This document shows, piece after piece, positions 1-14,424 of a stretch of 64,000 nt of DNA. Numbering within the stretch: position 1 is the stretch's first letter; each line of letters opens with the position of its first letter. The stretch is from the NCBI RefSeq assembly GCF_009914755.1, contig NC_060938.1; one strand, written 5' to 3'. This stretch comes from the human T2T-CHM13v2.0 reference genome, Homo sapiens. The notes beneath the pieces were generated by a model. That model saw nothing but the letters and a program-made list of their open reading frames with translations, made no database searches and had not been told where the DNA came from. The position numbers and the translations under genes are program-made.

Positions 1-75
1 AGCAATAAATTTCTGTTTATTAAAAATTTCCCAGCCTGTGGCATTTTGCTATAGCAGGTTGAAAGGACTAAGACA
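1..75 (+). mobile_element. 3' end of MLT1-type (ERVL-MaLR) LTR
   Basis: AATAAA followed by cccagcctgtggcattttgctatagcag...gactaagaca, the typical MLT1 LTR terminus; cut by the window edge. Confidence 0.75.
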
Positions 76-1024
76 CTCGTCATTATTCCCTGCATTAGCA
101 TTATCAGCCCATCTAATTCTTCCCATTTAAACATTTCCAATTTGATTTATTTTATAAACAAGAGGGGAAATAACCAAATGTTTTTCAGAATGTACATCTG
201 ATGTTAGCACAATTTCCAGGCCATGCTCATTTAATTCAGGGTGCTGTGTGACTGAGTGACCACAGACAGCCCAGATCATCATTTTATGCTTTCATTTCCA
301 CTAAAGTAAATGAAAATAGTGACTTATTTCCTAGTGCAGAAATAAAATTAAATAAAATAATTTGAAAACTACTGCTGCACCATAAACTTTGTTTTTCCTT
401 TCTTCTTTTGAAGGAAAAAAAAATCAATGAAGAAATTAAGATGTTTTGTGTTTTTGTATCCATGTATTTTAATTTTTTGTTAATTATTCTTACTATTGTA
501 ATTATTTATATGCTTATTTCTTAACTTTATCATGGCTTCTCTGTTTTTTGCCTAATTTTGAGACCCTTAACTTTTTAGCTATTTAATATTTTTACATGTG
601 TTAGTCCTCTTTCTAGCTCTTGTTCTAGATCATTAATCCACGAGTTAGAGCTGATCTAAATATCTCTATTATCTCTATCATATTCTTCCTCCATTCAATT
701 TTTTGTTTTTTATTATTCTTATCTTCAAAATCTTCAGAAAATTTGCTTTCCAAGATTCTGTATGCATAGGAAAAATAATCAAATTATCTCCATAAATAGA
801 AAGAATTTTAATAGACACCTTTTATGGGTCAATTAAGCAAGTCTGACTTTCTTCCATCTTGACATTTATTTCTAATTTTGTGACAAAGCACTTGACAATT
901 GATTGATCTATCAAGGCTTGCTACTGGTAAAACTTCCAGTTCTGGATTTTATTTGCATTTGAAATGAGAATCTTGTTATACATTCTCAAAGATAATCTAA
1001 TCTAGTCCATTATGTGCATTTTTT

Positions 1025-1331
1025 TCTATTTCTTTATTTTTATTTTTATTTTTATTTTTTGAGATGGAGTTTTGCTCTTTTGCCCAGGCTGCAGTGCAGT
1101 GGTGAGATCTGCAACCTCTGCCTTCTGGTTTCAAGTGATCCTCCTGCTTCAGCCTCCCAAGTAGCTGGGACTACAGGTGTGCACCAACATGCCCAGCTAA
1201 TTTTTGTATTTTTAGTAGAGACAGGGTTTCACCATGTTGGCCAGGCTGGTCTCAAACTACTGACCTTGTGATCTACCTGCTTCGGCCTCCCAAAGAGCTG
1301 GGATTACAGGCATGAGCCACCGCCCCCAGCC
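1025..1331 (-). mobile_element. AluS, full length, small deletion in right arm
   Basis: Antisense Alu with T-rich tail; TSD tatgtgcatttttt at 1011 and 1332. Confidence 0.95.
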
Positions 1332-1769
1332 TATGTGCATTTTTTAACCAAAATAGAAGTTCACTTTTTCATCTTTTTCTAGCAGAATACTAAGACTTAA
1401 AGCCAACGAAGTTGCTTTCTTCACTGAGTTAACACCTTTACTGCAACTCTAACACGAAAAGGAAAGTTCTTCCTAGGCCCACTCTCATTCAGTCATTGGT
1501 TTCCACCCCATATCCCCACCTCTATAGGTAGCTCCTCAAAAATGAAGAGCAAAATTTTTAGTAATGTCTGTTTTCCTGGAATGAACTGACCACTTTTATC
1601 CTTCAAACGAATGAGCAAATGATAATTAGGATTTTTTATAACTTGTGATTGAGAAGTGATCATGATCATAGACATTCTCATCTCTTTATCTCTAATATGT
1701 CAACAAATTGGATTCTATTTTTAATTACATAATATCAGAATATTTGGTATTATATAACTGCAGTTCAAA

Positions 1770-2138
<369 letters not shown>

Positions 2139-3530
2139 TCTACTTCCTTCTTTATTTCTTATTCTTTCTCATTATGTCTTTCTTTTTCTTTTTTCTCTCT
2201 TTTTTCCTTCCTTTTTATATCATCTTTATTTCTTTTTCATGTGTGTTGGTCTGTGTGTGTAAGCACCTGTGTACATTTTGGTCATTTGGTCAAAATGACG
2301 TAAACACAAATATTCTCTGATTACATTAAAATTAACAAGCATAAAGTAGCAAACTGAGGTCTAGTCCCCTGACTCTTTAATTAAAGTGTGTTATGTACTT
2401 TGTATAATTCTTTAATTCTTCCACTTGTATTTTTACTGAGTTTTCAGAGTTCAAGTGCTGATCTTTCACACTGCTTTTGCAATAGGGTAGATAGGAATGC
2501 CCTGGCCTGGGATTGGAATATATTATACATAAAGGGATTAAACATTTTTCTAAGAGCCAAAAACTTAGATATACTCTCTCCTGAACAATAATTGGAGATT
2601 TCTTTTCTCCAAAATAACTTTCATTTTAAAAACCTGTCAAGCAAATTCCAAAGTACCCGCTTATCCTCTGTCTCTCTAGAAAGAGATTAAGGATATGAGG
2701 AAAGTAAGTCAAATTTAGCCAACTTCATAACAAGAATATAGCTTGGATTTTATTCTCACAGCATAATAACACAAAATCAGGAATCATCTTTTAATCTCAC
2801 AGACTTTCTTTCAGGGAGCATCCTTAAAAAATTCAAATTTCATTAAACCATTGTAGAAGGTGTTTCAATCTGCGGGACATCTTCACTGTTGATATAAATC
2901 ATCCAGATCTGAATATTGTCTGGGCCTAAAAGAATACTTTAAGCAGGAAAGCCAGACATCTCTTACTCGATTTCCTGAAAACTCAGACTTCACTAAGATT
3001 TGGCTTGCATTCCTTCCACCCTGGTGAAATTCCAAAACTTTCAGATTTATATCTCTCATTGAAGACAAAGTAGCAGCATATCAGATTTTTCTTCTCCAGA
3101 GAAGAACAGTTTCTAATTAGGGACTTTGCAACCATAAACCACTTGGAAAAATATTTAGGCCAATTCTTATATTTGGCATTTTTCCTTCAGTTGAGATCAG
3201 GCTTCCTCACTTTAGGTGGATAAACACTATCTCTGTTCCTGAGTGAAGGCTCTATTCCAAGCTCTGGGACTTCCAACTCCCCTCACTATAAAATGTGACC
3301 CCAGTCACACTCTTCCCAGGAATGCTTTGCTATCTTTATCACATTTTCTCATACATGTCAGGGTCATGAAAGGGACATATATCTCAATTCTGGCTTTCTA
3401 TACTCATCTATTTTATCTAGAAATGTGGAAAAGTCTGATAGTTTATCCTCATTTGTAGTTTAATATTTGTCTTGAAACAGCCAACAACATTTATAGACAT
3501 AGAAAACCTTTTATATGGGTAGAGAAGAGA

Positions 3531-3800
3531 TAATAATAATGATAATTGACATTTATTGGTTACTTGCCCTGTGCCAGCCACTGGGTAAATGTAGAATAGC
3601 AATCTTATATTTAATTTGAATCCACCAAACAGTCCTATGAGTTTGATACTATTCTTCCCATTTTTTAGAGGGGAAAATTTACATTTAGAGAGTTTAGGGA
3701 ACTATCCCATAGTTTCTCAGCAAGAGAATGGTAGAATTATAATTCAAATGTAAATCGGTTTGGTTTCAGAAGCTTTGATTTTACATATTACATCACATCC
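3531..3800 (-). mobile_element. MIR SINE (degenerate)
   Basis: MIR-like core cccattttttagaggggaaa...agagagtttagggaact. Confidence 0.7.
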
Positions 3801-4079
3801 TTCTCAAAAATTGAATAGCAAATGTGCTTTGCAATATCTGACATCACATAAATTCTACATTAGCCAACCTAAAAAAAGAGATGAAAGTAAGAAAAATAAC
3901 TAAATACTTTTGAAAACTGTTGCCTTCATTGACACAACACATTTAAAAGGACAAAGTAGCTGTTGAAAGAAAATAAGCGCGCTTTAACTTGGGAATTTTT
4001 ACTGAATTGCATAACTACTCAATTGGTCTATATTTAAAAATTATAATGTTATCACATTATATGATGAAATGATACCAGT

Positions 4080-4469
4080 ATACATAGCTGCTTCTCACAT
4101 CACTATAAAGAATACTACCTGAGACTGGATGATTATAAAGGAAAGGTTCAATTGATTCACACCTCTGCAGGCATAACAGGAAGCAGGAAGCGTGGCTAGG
4201 AGGCCTCAGGAAACTTACAATCATGGTGGAAAGTGAAGGGGAGGCAGTCACCTTCTTCACAAGGTGGCATGAGGGAGTATGTGCAAAAACAAGGAAGTGC
4301 CACACTTTAAAACCATCAGCTCTTGTGAGAACTCACTCCCTGTAATGAGAACAGCATGCAGGAAACAGCCCCCATTATCCAATCACCTCCCACCTGGTCC
4401 CTCCCCTGACATTTGGTGATTACAATTAGAGATGAGATTCGGGTGGGAAGGCAGAGCCAAGCCATATCA
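4080..4469 (-). mobile_element. THE1D/MSTA-type MaLR solo LTR
   Basis: ggaggcctcaggaaacttacaatcatgg motif; terminal agccaagccatatca is the reverse complement of the TGATATGG start. Confidence 0.9.
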
Positions 4470-4962
4470 ATATCTGTTACAGTCATCCTGCCAAATTCAT
4501 GGTGAACCAGAGTGAGAAACTACCTCCTTCTCCTATATAAAACTACAAAAAATGCTTCAAGATAGCAAGGAAAATAATCTATTTTTAAAAAGTTATCTTC
4601 AAAAGGACCACTTAATGAAACCAACAGTACTTTGCCTAGAAGCATAAAGGGTTAAAGGGGAAATTTCCAAACCACAGTTTTTCTTGGGGTGAGGAAGGGA
4701 CCACATTACTTTCATTCATGGAACAACATGCCCAACAAATGGCAGAAGTGTTCTTAACCTTTTTCCATTTACAATTTCCATCTCAGCTTTAAACTTTTCC
4801 ATTCCTTTCTGTGAAAATTTTAAGATCCATTAGAAAATATCTAATATTGTAAGCACTTAGCAACTGTAAAGACTGAAATTATCTCCATCCATCAACTCAG
4901 TATACAAAACAATACCACCCATTAGAAGATAGGCAAAAAGAACAGATAAAGTCCAATCTATC

Positions 4963-5265
4963 AGCCGGGTGCAGTGGCTCACGCCTGTAATCCCAGCACT
5001 TCCTGAGGCCAAGGGGAGAAGATCATGAGGTCAGGAGATCGAAACCATCCTGGCTAACATGGTGAAACCCCGTCTGTACTAAAAATACAAAACATTAGCC
5101 TGGCGTAGTGGCGGGCGCCTGTAGTCCCAGCTACTCAGAAGGATGAGGCAGGAGAATGGCATGAACCTGGAAGGGGGAGCTTGCAGTGAGCCAAGATCAC
5201 GCCACTGCACTCCAGCCTGGGCGACAGAGCAAGACTCTGTCTCAAAAAAAAAAAAAAAAAAAAAA
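4963..5265 (+). mobile_element. AluY with A22 tail, CpG-decayed
   Basis: AluY diagnostics gagatcga..ccatcctggctaac, gaatggcatgaac, gagcttgcag. Confidence 0.95.
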
Positions 5266-5319
5266 TGTTGAATCTACCTCAGTAGAGAAATCCAGGTCTC
5301 AAGCAGAGTTTCTTTAATT

Positions 5320-5904
5320 TGTATAGCAAAATCACAACTGATTGACCTATGTCCACTGCCAATGCTCCACAAAGACTACCAGAGTAACTTACTGATGAAT
5401 CAAAGATGAATTAATCACTTACTGAAGGAAAAGCACCACCTCGAGAGTCTTAGTACTGTCTCAGAAGGCGGGAGGTCAGGAATGGATATCTATAGTCTTG
5501 TGGGGTTCATGCTGTAGTGGTCTTAGGCAGCCTTTTCAATGCAGAGATATGATAAGGATTGGCTAATGTCTTTGATGTAAGAGTTTAGAACCGATGGATA
5601 CAGCAAGATGCAAGATGAGAGTCTCGAAGAAAGAATTTATACATACGTGTTTGCCCAGTTGAGTCATCTTTTATGTTTGGAAGGGACTATTTACTCAAAT
5701 GAACAATATGTTGTCCTGAGTAGAAAGCTAGTTGAACACTATATTCATTTTCATTAATTTCTTAAGCAACCAATGAAGTTGAGAAGTGGATCCCAGTTTT
5801 ATCTTTCTGGAAAAAAATGGGAATGAATCATAAAGTTATGTTGCTATAAAGCAGCCTGTTTTTGGTCTGATAAGTAATGAAACTGTACGTAGTCTTGGTT
5901 CTCA
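5320..5904 (-). mobile_element. Probable old ERV1-class solo LTR (MER67-like)
   Basis: TG...CA termini on the minus strand (TGAGAACC...CTATACA) and LTR-like length; family assignment from memory only, no TSD seen. Confidence 0.4.
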
Positions 5905-5960
5905 AACAAATTATCTCATAATAACTACATATTTTCATAATTTCAATATTTTATTTTATT

Positions 5961-6105
5961 AAAACAGTTTCTTTAAGGTATAATTGATATACAAAGAACT
6001 CCACATATTTAATGTATATGATTCATGAGTTTGGGCAAATTCAAACACTTATAGCTTCATTACAATCAAAGTAATAGTCACATCAAGCACCTCCACAGTT
6101 TTCTT
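5961..6105 (-). mobile_element. Ancient L1M (L1MA/MB) 3' end, cut off by the SVA
   Basis: aaggtataattgatatacaaagaactccacatatttaatgtata...acaatcaaagtaata...cacctcc matches old L1M 3' termini. Confidence 0.7.
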
Positions 6106-6128
6106 TTTTTGTTGTTGTTTAAATATTG

Positions 6129-7478
6129 TTTTTTTTTTTTTTCTTTTTTTTTTTCTTTTTAAATTGATCATACTTGGGTATTTCTCACAGAGGGGGATTT
6201 GGCAGGGTCATAGGACAATAGTGGAGGGAAGGTCAGCAGATAAACAAGTGAACAAAGGTCTCTGGTTTTCCTAGGCATAGGACCCTGCGGCCTTCCGCAG
6301 TGTTTGTGTCCCTGGGTACTTGAGATTAGGGAGTGGTGATGACTCTTAACGAGCATGCTGCCTTCAAGCATCTGTTTTTAACAAAGCACATCTTGCACTG
6401 CCCTCAATCCATTTAACCCTGAGTGTACACAGCACATGTTTCAGAGAGCACAGGGTTGGGGGTAAGGTCAAAGATCAACAACATCCCAAGGCAGAAGAAT
6501 TTTTCTTAGTACAGAACAAAATGGCATCTCCCATGTCTACTTCTTCCTACACAGACACAGCAACAATCTGATTTCTCTATCTTTTCCCCACATTTCCCCC
6601 TTTTCTATTGGACAAAACCACCATCGTCATCATGGCCCGTTCTCAATGAGCTGTTGGGTACACCTCCCAGACGGGGTGGCGGCCGGGCAGAGGGGCTCCT
6701 CACTTCCCAGAAGGGGTGGCCGGGCAGAGGTTCCCCCCACCTCCCTCCCAGACGGGGCGGCTGGCCGGGCGGGGGCTGGCCCCCACCTCCCTCCCGGACG
6801 GGGCGGCTGGCCGGGCGGGGGCTGGCCCCCACCTCCCTCCCGGACGGGGCGGCTGGCCGGGTGGGGGCTGCCCCCCCTCCCTCCCGGACGGGGTGGCTGC
6901 CGGGCAGAGACGCTCCTCACTTCCCAGACGGGGCGGCTGCCGGGCAGAGGGGCTCCTCACTTCTCAGACGGGGTGGCTGCCGGGCGGAGGGGCTCCTCAC
7001 TTCTCAGACGGGGCGGCCGGGCAGAGACGCTCCTCACCTCCCAGATGGGGTCACGGCCGGGCAGAGGCACTCCTCACATCCCAGACGGGGCAGCGGGGCA
7101 GAGGCGCTCCCCACATCTCAGACAATGGGCGGCCAAGCAGAGATGATCCTCACTTCCTAGATGTGATGGCGGCCAGGAAGAGGCGCTCCTCACTTCCCAG
7201 GCTGGGCAGCCGGGCAGAGGGGCTCCTCACATCCCAGACGATGGGCGGCCAGGCAGAGAAGCTCCTCACTTCCCAGACGGGGTGGCGGCCAGGCAGAGGC
7301 TGCAATCTCGGCACTTTGGGAGGCCAAGGCAAGCGGCTGGGAGGTGGAGGTTGTAGCTAGCCGAGATCACGCCACTGCACTCCAGCCTGGGCAACATTGA
7401 ACACTGAGTGAACAAGACTCCATCTGCAATCCTGGCACCTCGGGAGGCCGAGGCTGGCAGATCACTCGCGGTTAGGAG

Positions 7479-7483
<5 letters not shown>
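6129..7483 (-). mobile_element. SVA retrotransposon, 5'-truncated within the Alu-like domain (no CCCTCT hexamer), older subfamily
   Basis: poly(T) 6129-6160, SINE-R ~6161-6660, GC-rich VNTR ~6660-7300, Alu-like ~7300-7483 ending ...cgcggttaggagctgga. Confidence 0.97.
6662..7300. repeat. SVA VNTR (~37-50 bp GC/CpG-rich units, G-quadruplex prone)
   Basis: Repeating ctcctcacttcccagacggggcggccgggcagag and cccccacctccctcccggacggggcggctggccggg units. Confidence 0.95.
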
Positions 7484-9158
<1,675 letters not shown>

Positions 9159-9378
9159 TGATAATCATCATTACTTATGAAACATATGGTACATACTTTA
9201 TAAAAGATATAGATTGTCAATTGACTAACAGGATTTAAACTAAAAATAAATTTCTAAGCCCCTTGACCAATTGAATGGACCCTTGCTTTTGGCCAAGGGC
9301 ACTCCTAAGTTAACCTGAAAAACTAGTTCAGGCCATGATGTTTCCATGGGGTCAGGCATGCCCATTATACACTCCTCC

Positions 9379-12183
9379 TGATACGGTTTAGGTCTTTGCC
9401 ACTCCCCAAGTCTCGTGTCAAGTTATAATTCCCAATGTTGGAGGTGGGTCCTGGTGGGAAGCCATTGAATCATGGGGGCATGTTGCCCCTTTGGTAGTGT
9501 TCTCTTGATAGTGAGTTATTGAGAGATCTGGTTGTTTAAAAGGGTGTATCACCTCTCTGTCTCTCTTCCTTCTGCTCCGGGCATGTAAGATGTTGCCATT
9601 TCCCCTTCACTTTCCACCATAATTCTGTTTCCTGAGGCCTCACCAGGCATGTTTCTTGTATAGTCTACTGATCCTTGAGCCAATTAAATACCTTTTCTTT
9701 ATAAATTACCCAGTCTCAGGCATTTTTTCATAACAGTGCAAGAATGAACTTGTACAGAAAATTGGTACCAGAAAGTGGGGCATTGCTAAAAAAAGACCTG
9801 AAAATGTGGAAGCAGCTTTGGCACTGGGTAACGAGAAGAGATTGGAACAGTGTGGATGGCTCAGAAGACAGGACAATGAGGGAAAGTTTAGAAATTCCTA
9901 GAGACTTTTTACATTGTTGTGACCCAAATGCTGATGGTGACATGAACAATGAAGTCTAAGCTGAGGAGGTTTCAGATGGAGATGAGAAATTTCTTGTGAA
10001 TTGGAGCAAAGGTCATTTTTGCTATGCTTGATAAAAAACCTGGTTGGATTGTGCCCCTGCCCTTGGAATCTGTGGAACTTTGAACTTGAGAGTGATGATT
10101 TAGCTTACCTGGTGGAAGAAATTTCTAAGCAGCAAAGCATTCGAGATATGGCCTGGCTGCTCCTAGCATCCTGTGCTCATATTCATGAGCAAAGAAATGA
10201 GGTAAAACTGGAACTTATATTTACAAGGAAAGCAGACCAAAAAAGTTTGGAAAATTTGTAGCCTGGTCATGTGTTAGAAAAGAAAAACCTATTTGCTGTG
10301 GAGGAATTCAAGCCAGTTGCAGAAACTGGCATAAGTAAAGAGGAGCCAAATGTTGATAGCCAAGACAATGGGGAAAAGGCCCCAGAGGCAGTTCAAAGAC
10401 CTCCACAGAAGCCCCTCCTTTAATAGTCCAGAAGACCTAGAAGGAAAGAATGATTTTGTGGACCAGGGCCAGGACCCTGCTGCTCTGTACAGCCTCAGGA
10501 CATAGCACCCTGCAACATGGCCACTCCAGCTCCAGTTGTAGCTAGAAGAGGCCAAGGTACAGCTTGGACCATTGCTTCAGAAGGCATAAACCATAAGCCT
10601 TTGTGGCTTCCATGTAGTCTCAAGCCTGTAGGTGCACAGAGTGTAAGAACTGAAGCTTGGGAGCTGTATTAGTCTGTTCTCATGCTGCTAATACATATCT
10701 AAGACTGGGTAATTTATAAAGAAAAAATGTTTAATTAACTCACAGTTCAGCATGGCTGGGGAGGCCTCGGGAACCTTACAATCATGGTGGAAGGAGAAGC
10801 AAACACATCCTGCTTCACAGGGCAGCAGGAAAGACAAGTATGAGAGCTGAGCGAATGGGGAATCCCCTTATAAAATCATCAGAACTCATGAGAATTCACT
10901 TAGTATCATGACAACAGCCTGAACAGCATGAGGGTAACTGCCCCCATGATTAAAGTACCTCCCACTGGGTCTCTCCCACAACATGTGGGGATTAAACTAC
11001 AATTTAAGATGATATTTGAGTGGGAACACAGCCAAACCATATCAGGGGCCTCCACCTAAATTTCAGAGGATGTATGAAAATGGCTGGATGCCAAGGCAGA
11101 AGTCGGGTACAGGAGTGGAGCCCTCGTGGAGAACCTCTGCTTGGGCAGTACAGAGGAAAAATGTGGGGTTGGAGACCCCACACAGAGTCCCTACTGGGGC
11201 GCTACCTAATGGAGCTATGAGAAGAGGGCCACAATCCTCCAGACCCCAGGATGGTAGACCCACTGACAGCTTACACTGTGTTCCTCAAAAAGCAGGCATT
11301 CAATGCCAGCCAAGGGGGTGGTACCCTGAAAAGCCTCAGGTGTGGAGCTGCCCAAGACCTTGGGAGCCCACCCTTTGCAAAAGTGTGCCCTGGATGTGAA
11401 ATATGGAGTGAAAATAGAATATTTTGACATCTTTAAGGGTTAATGACTGCCCTGCCATATTTCAGGCTGGCATGGAGCCTGTAGCCTCTTTCCTTAGGCT
11501 GATATCTCCCTTTTGATAAGGGAGTACTTAGCCAATTCCTATACTCCCAATGTATATGGGAAGTAACTAACTCGTTTTTGATTTTACAGGCTCATAGGCA
11601 GAAATAACTAGTCTTGTTTCAGATAAAACTTTGAAATTTGGACATTTGAGTTAATGCTGGAATGAGTTAAGACTTTGGGGGACTGTTGAGAAGGGATGAT
11701 TGTATTTTGAAATATGAGAGGAATGTGAGATTTTGGAGGGACCAGGGCCAGAATGATATGGTTAGGCTCTGTGTCCCCACCCAAATCATATATTGGATTG
11801 TAACCCCACTGTTGGAGGTGGGCCTGGTGGGAGGTGACTGGATCTTGAGGGCTGTTTCTAATAGTTTAGTATCATCCCCTACTGCTGTCTCATTATAGGG
11901 TTTTCATGAGATCTGGTTGTTTAAAAATGTGTGGTTCCCTCCCACCCCAACACCAGCACCTCGCTCCCTTTTTTCTGCTCTGGTCATGCAAGACATTGCT
12001 TACTTCCCCTTTGCCTTCAGCCATGATTGTAAGTTTCCTGAGGCCTCCCCACAACCTGTACAGCCTGCAGAACCATAAGCCAATTAAAACTCTTTTTTAA
12101 AATAAATTACTCAGTTTCAGATATTTCTTTTTTTTTTTTTTTTCAGATATTTCCTTTTAGCTGTGTGAGAATGGACCAATACA
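9379..12183 (+). mobile_element. Full-length MST (MaLR) provirus: 5' LTR 9379-9756, internal region, 3' LTR 11754-12183
   Basis: Both LTRs run TGATA...TACA; internal region starts gaaaattggtacca; purine tract before the 3' LTR; perfect 5-bp TSD CCTCC at 9374 and 12184. Confidence 0.93.
10665..11044 (-). mobile_element. THE1C-like solo LTR inserted in the MST internal region
   Basis: tgtattagtctgttctc...ccaaaccatatca; TSD GGAGC/GGGGC. Confidence 0.92.
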
Positions 12184-12701
12184 CCTCCCTTTAGAATTTA
12201 GGCACAGCTGCCCAGCATTTAACATTAAAACAGAGACCTTAAAACTGGCAAAGTAAACTCTGTAGCAATAAAGATACCAAAATGACAGATAGTAGGCCCT
12301 CAAATAAATCAACATATTTTATCCCCAAATATATTTATTTGACATATTTTGAAATGGCTCTACAGAGCTTGCATGAGCAAGCAAATGTCTTGGGAAAATC
12401 TACATTTTATAGAGAATTCCTTTCCCTTTCCTGATCCATTTCTTGTTCTAGAAAAGAATTAAGTCTGGCAATTTTTTAAGTCTGATAGGAAATATTTACA
12501 ATCTATTCTCTCTAAAGCCTGCTACCTGGAGGCTTCATCTACATAATAAAAACCTTGGTCTCCAAAATCCTTTATCTTAATCCAGACACTCCCTTCTATT
12601 AGATCTAGGTCTTTCAATAAATCCTTTCAACCAATTGCTGGTCAGAAAATCTTTGAATCCACCTATGACCTGGAAGACCCCCCCCCAACCACCTTCAGGT
12701 T

Positions 12702-13084
12702 TGTATTAATTCATTCTCATTCTGCTGTGAAAACCTACCTGAGACTGAGTAATTAATAAAGAAAAGAGGTTTAATTGGCCCATGTTTCTGCGGGTTGTAC
12801 AGGCTTCTGCTTCTAAGGAGGCCTCAGGAAACTTACAATCATGGCAGAAGACTAAGTGAAAGTGGGCACATCATCACATAGCTGGCAGGAAAGAGAAAGA
12901 CAGAAGGGGGAGGTTCTAACACACTTGCAAGCAACGAGAGTTCTCATGAGAACTCTATCATGAGAACAGCAAGGAGGAAGTCTGCCCCCATGATTCAGTC
13001 ACCTCCAATCAGGTCCTTCCTTCAACACAGCAGATTACCATTCAAGATGAGATTTAGTTGGGGACACAGAGCCAAATCACATTA
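12702..13084 (-). mobile_element. THE1D/MSTA-type solo LTR inserted in MER4D
   Basis: tgtattaattcattctc...gccaaatcacatta; degenerate TSD AGGTT/GAGTT. Confidence 0.88.
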
Positions 13085-13763
13085 GAGTTGTCCCCAGTTT
13101 GTCTGGAACAAACCAAGGTACATCTTACATGCATTGACTGAGGTTTTATGTCACCCTAAAATGTATAAAACTGAGCTGCAACTTGACTACCTTGGACAAA
13201 CAATTCTCAGGACCTCCTGAGGCTATGTCACAGGCATGTCCTTATAACTTTGACAAAATAAACTAAAATAATACCTGTTTCAGATACATTTTGGTTTACA
13301 GAACCAATCCAAAGCAATATAAAACATTCATTGAAACCAAAAGACTTGATACTAAAAAGTCCTTCCGCCAAAGTGCTGTGATTCTATTATTCCGCATTTA
13401 AGAATTTTAAGGTAGCTGAATTTTATAAAAGGACAGTAAATTACAGACTTCACTACACTTTGGTTATATTCAGGCTTTAATTCCATAATTCAGGGAGGCC
13501 ATAAATAAATTACTTTAAACACATGTAACAGAAATATATTTATTCCTTACACCATTTTCTCATGTGATGTGAAGAAAGGTTTTTTTAGGTCATCTATCCA
13601 ACAAATTTGGAAGAGCATGGTTCAAAAGTGATCAGGACCCACACAAAAAGAAAAATAATAATAAAGTTAAGAAGAGATATGTCAGGATTATGTGAGAAAT
13701 AAATACGAATCATTGACATCTAATAGACAAGATGAAGATATTTGGACCTCATGGAGAATTTTA

Positions 13764-14078
13764 TTTTTAATTATTTATTTATTTTTATCTTTTTGAGACA
13801 GGGTATTGCCCTGTTGCCCATGCTGGAGTGCAGTGGTAGGATCTTTGCTCCACTGCAACCTCCGTCTCCCAGGTTCAAGTGATTCTCATGCCATAGCCTC
13901 CCATGTAGCTGGGATTACAGATGTGTGCCACCATGTTTGGCTAATTTTTGTATTTTTAGTAGAGACGGGGGTTTCATCATGTTGGCCAGGCTGGTCTTGA
14001 ACTCCTGACCTCAAGTAATCCTCCCACCTGGGCACCCCAAATTGCTGGGATTACAGGTGTACACTGCCATACCCAACC
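13764..14078 (-). mobile_element. Alu (AluS/J)
   Basis: Antisense Alu; 15-bp TSD tcatggagaatttta at 13749 and 14080. Confidence 0.95.
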
Positions 14079-14127
14079 TTCATGGAGAATTTTAAATTGA
14101 AAACTTAGAGAGGTAAAAATAAATGGA

Positions 14128-14424
<297 letters not shown>

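Larger units (their letters stand above)
9234..13300 (+). mobile_element. MER4D-like ERV1 LTR split into three pieces (9234-9378, 12189-12701, 13085-13300)
   Basis: Start tttaaactaaaaataaatttctaagcccc...gttaacctgaaaaactagttcaggccatgatg; end ttttggtttaca; continuity across two MaLR insertions. Confidence 0.85.

Noticed and set aside
6605-7360. Overlapping G/P/R-rich ORFs up to 214 aa
   Set aside because: Stop-poor SVA VNTR translated in several frames; not genes.
9744-11430. ORFs in the MST internal region
   Set aside because: Fragmented remnants of the MaLR internal ORF, interrupted by stops and a THE1 insertion.
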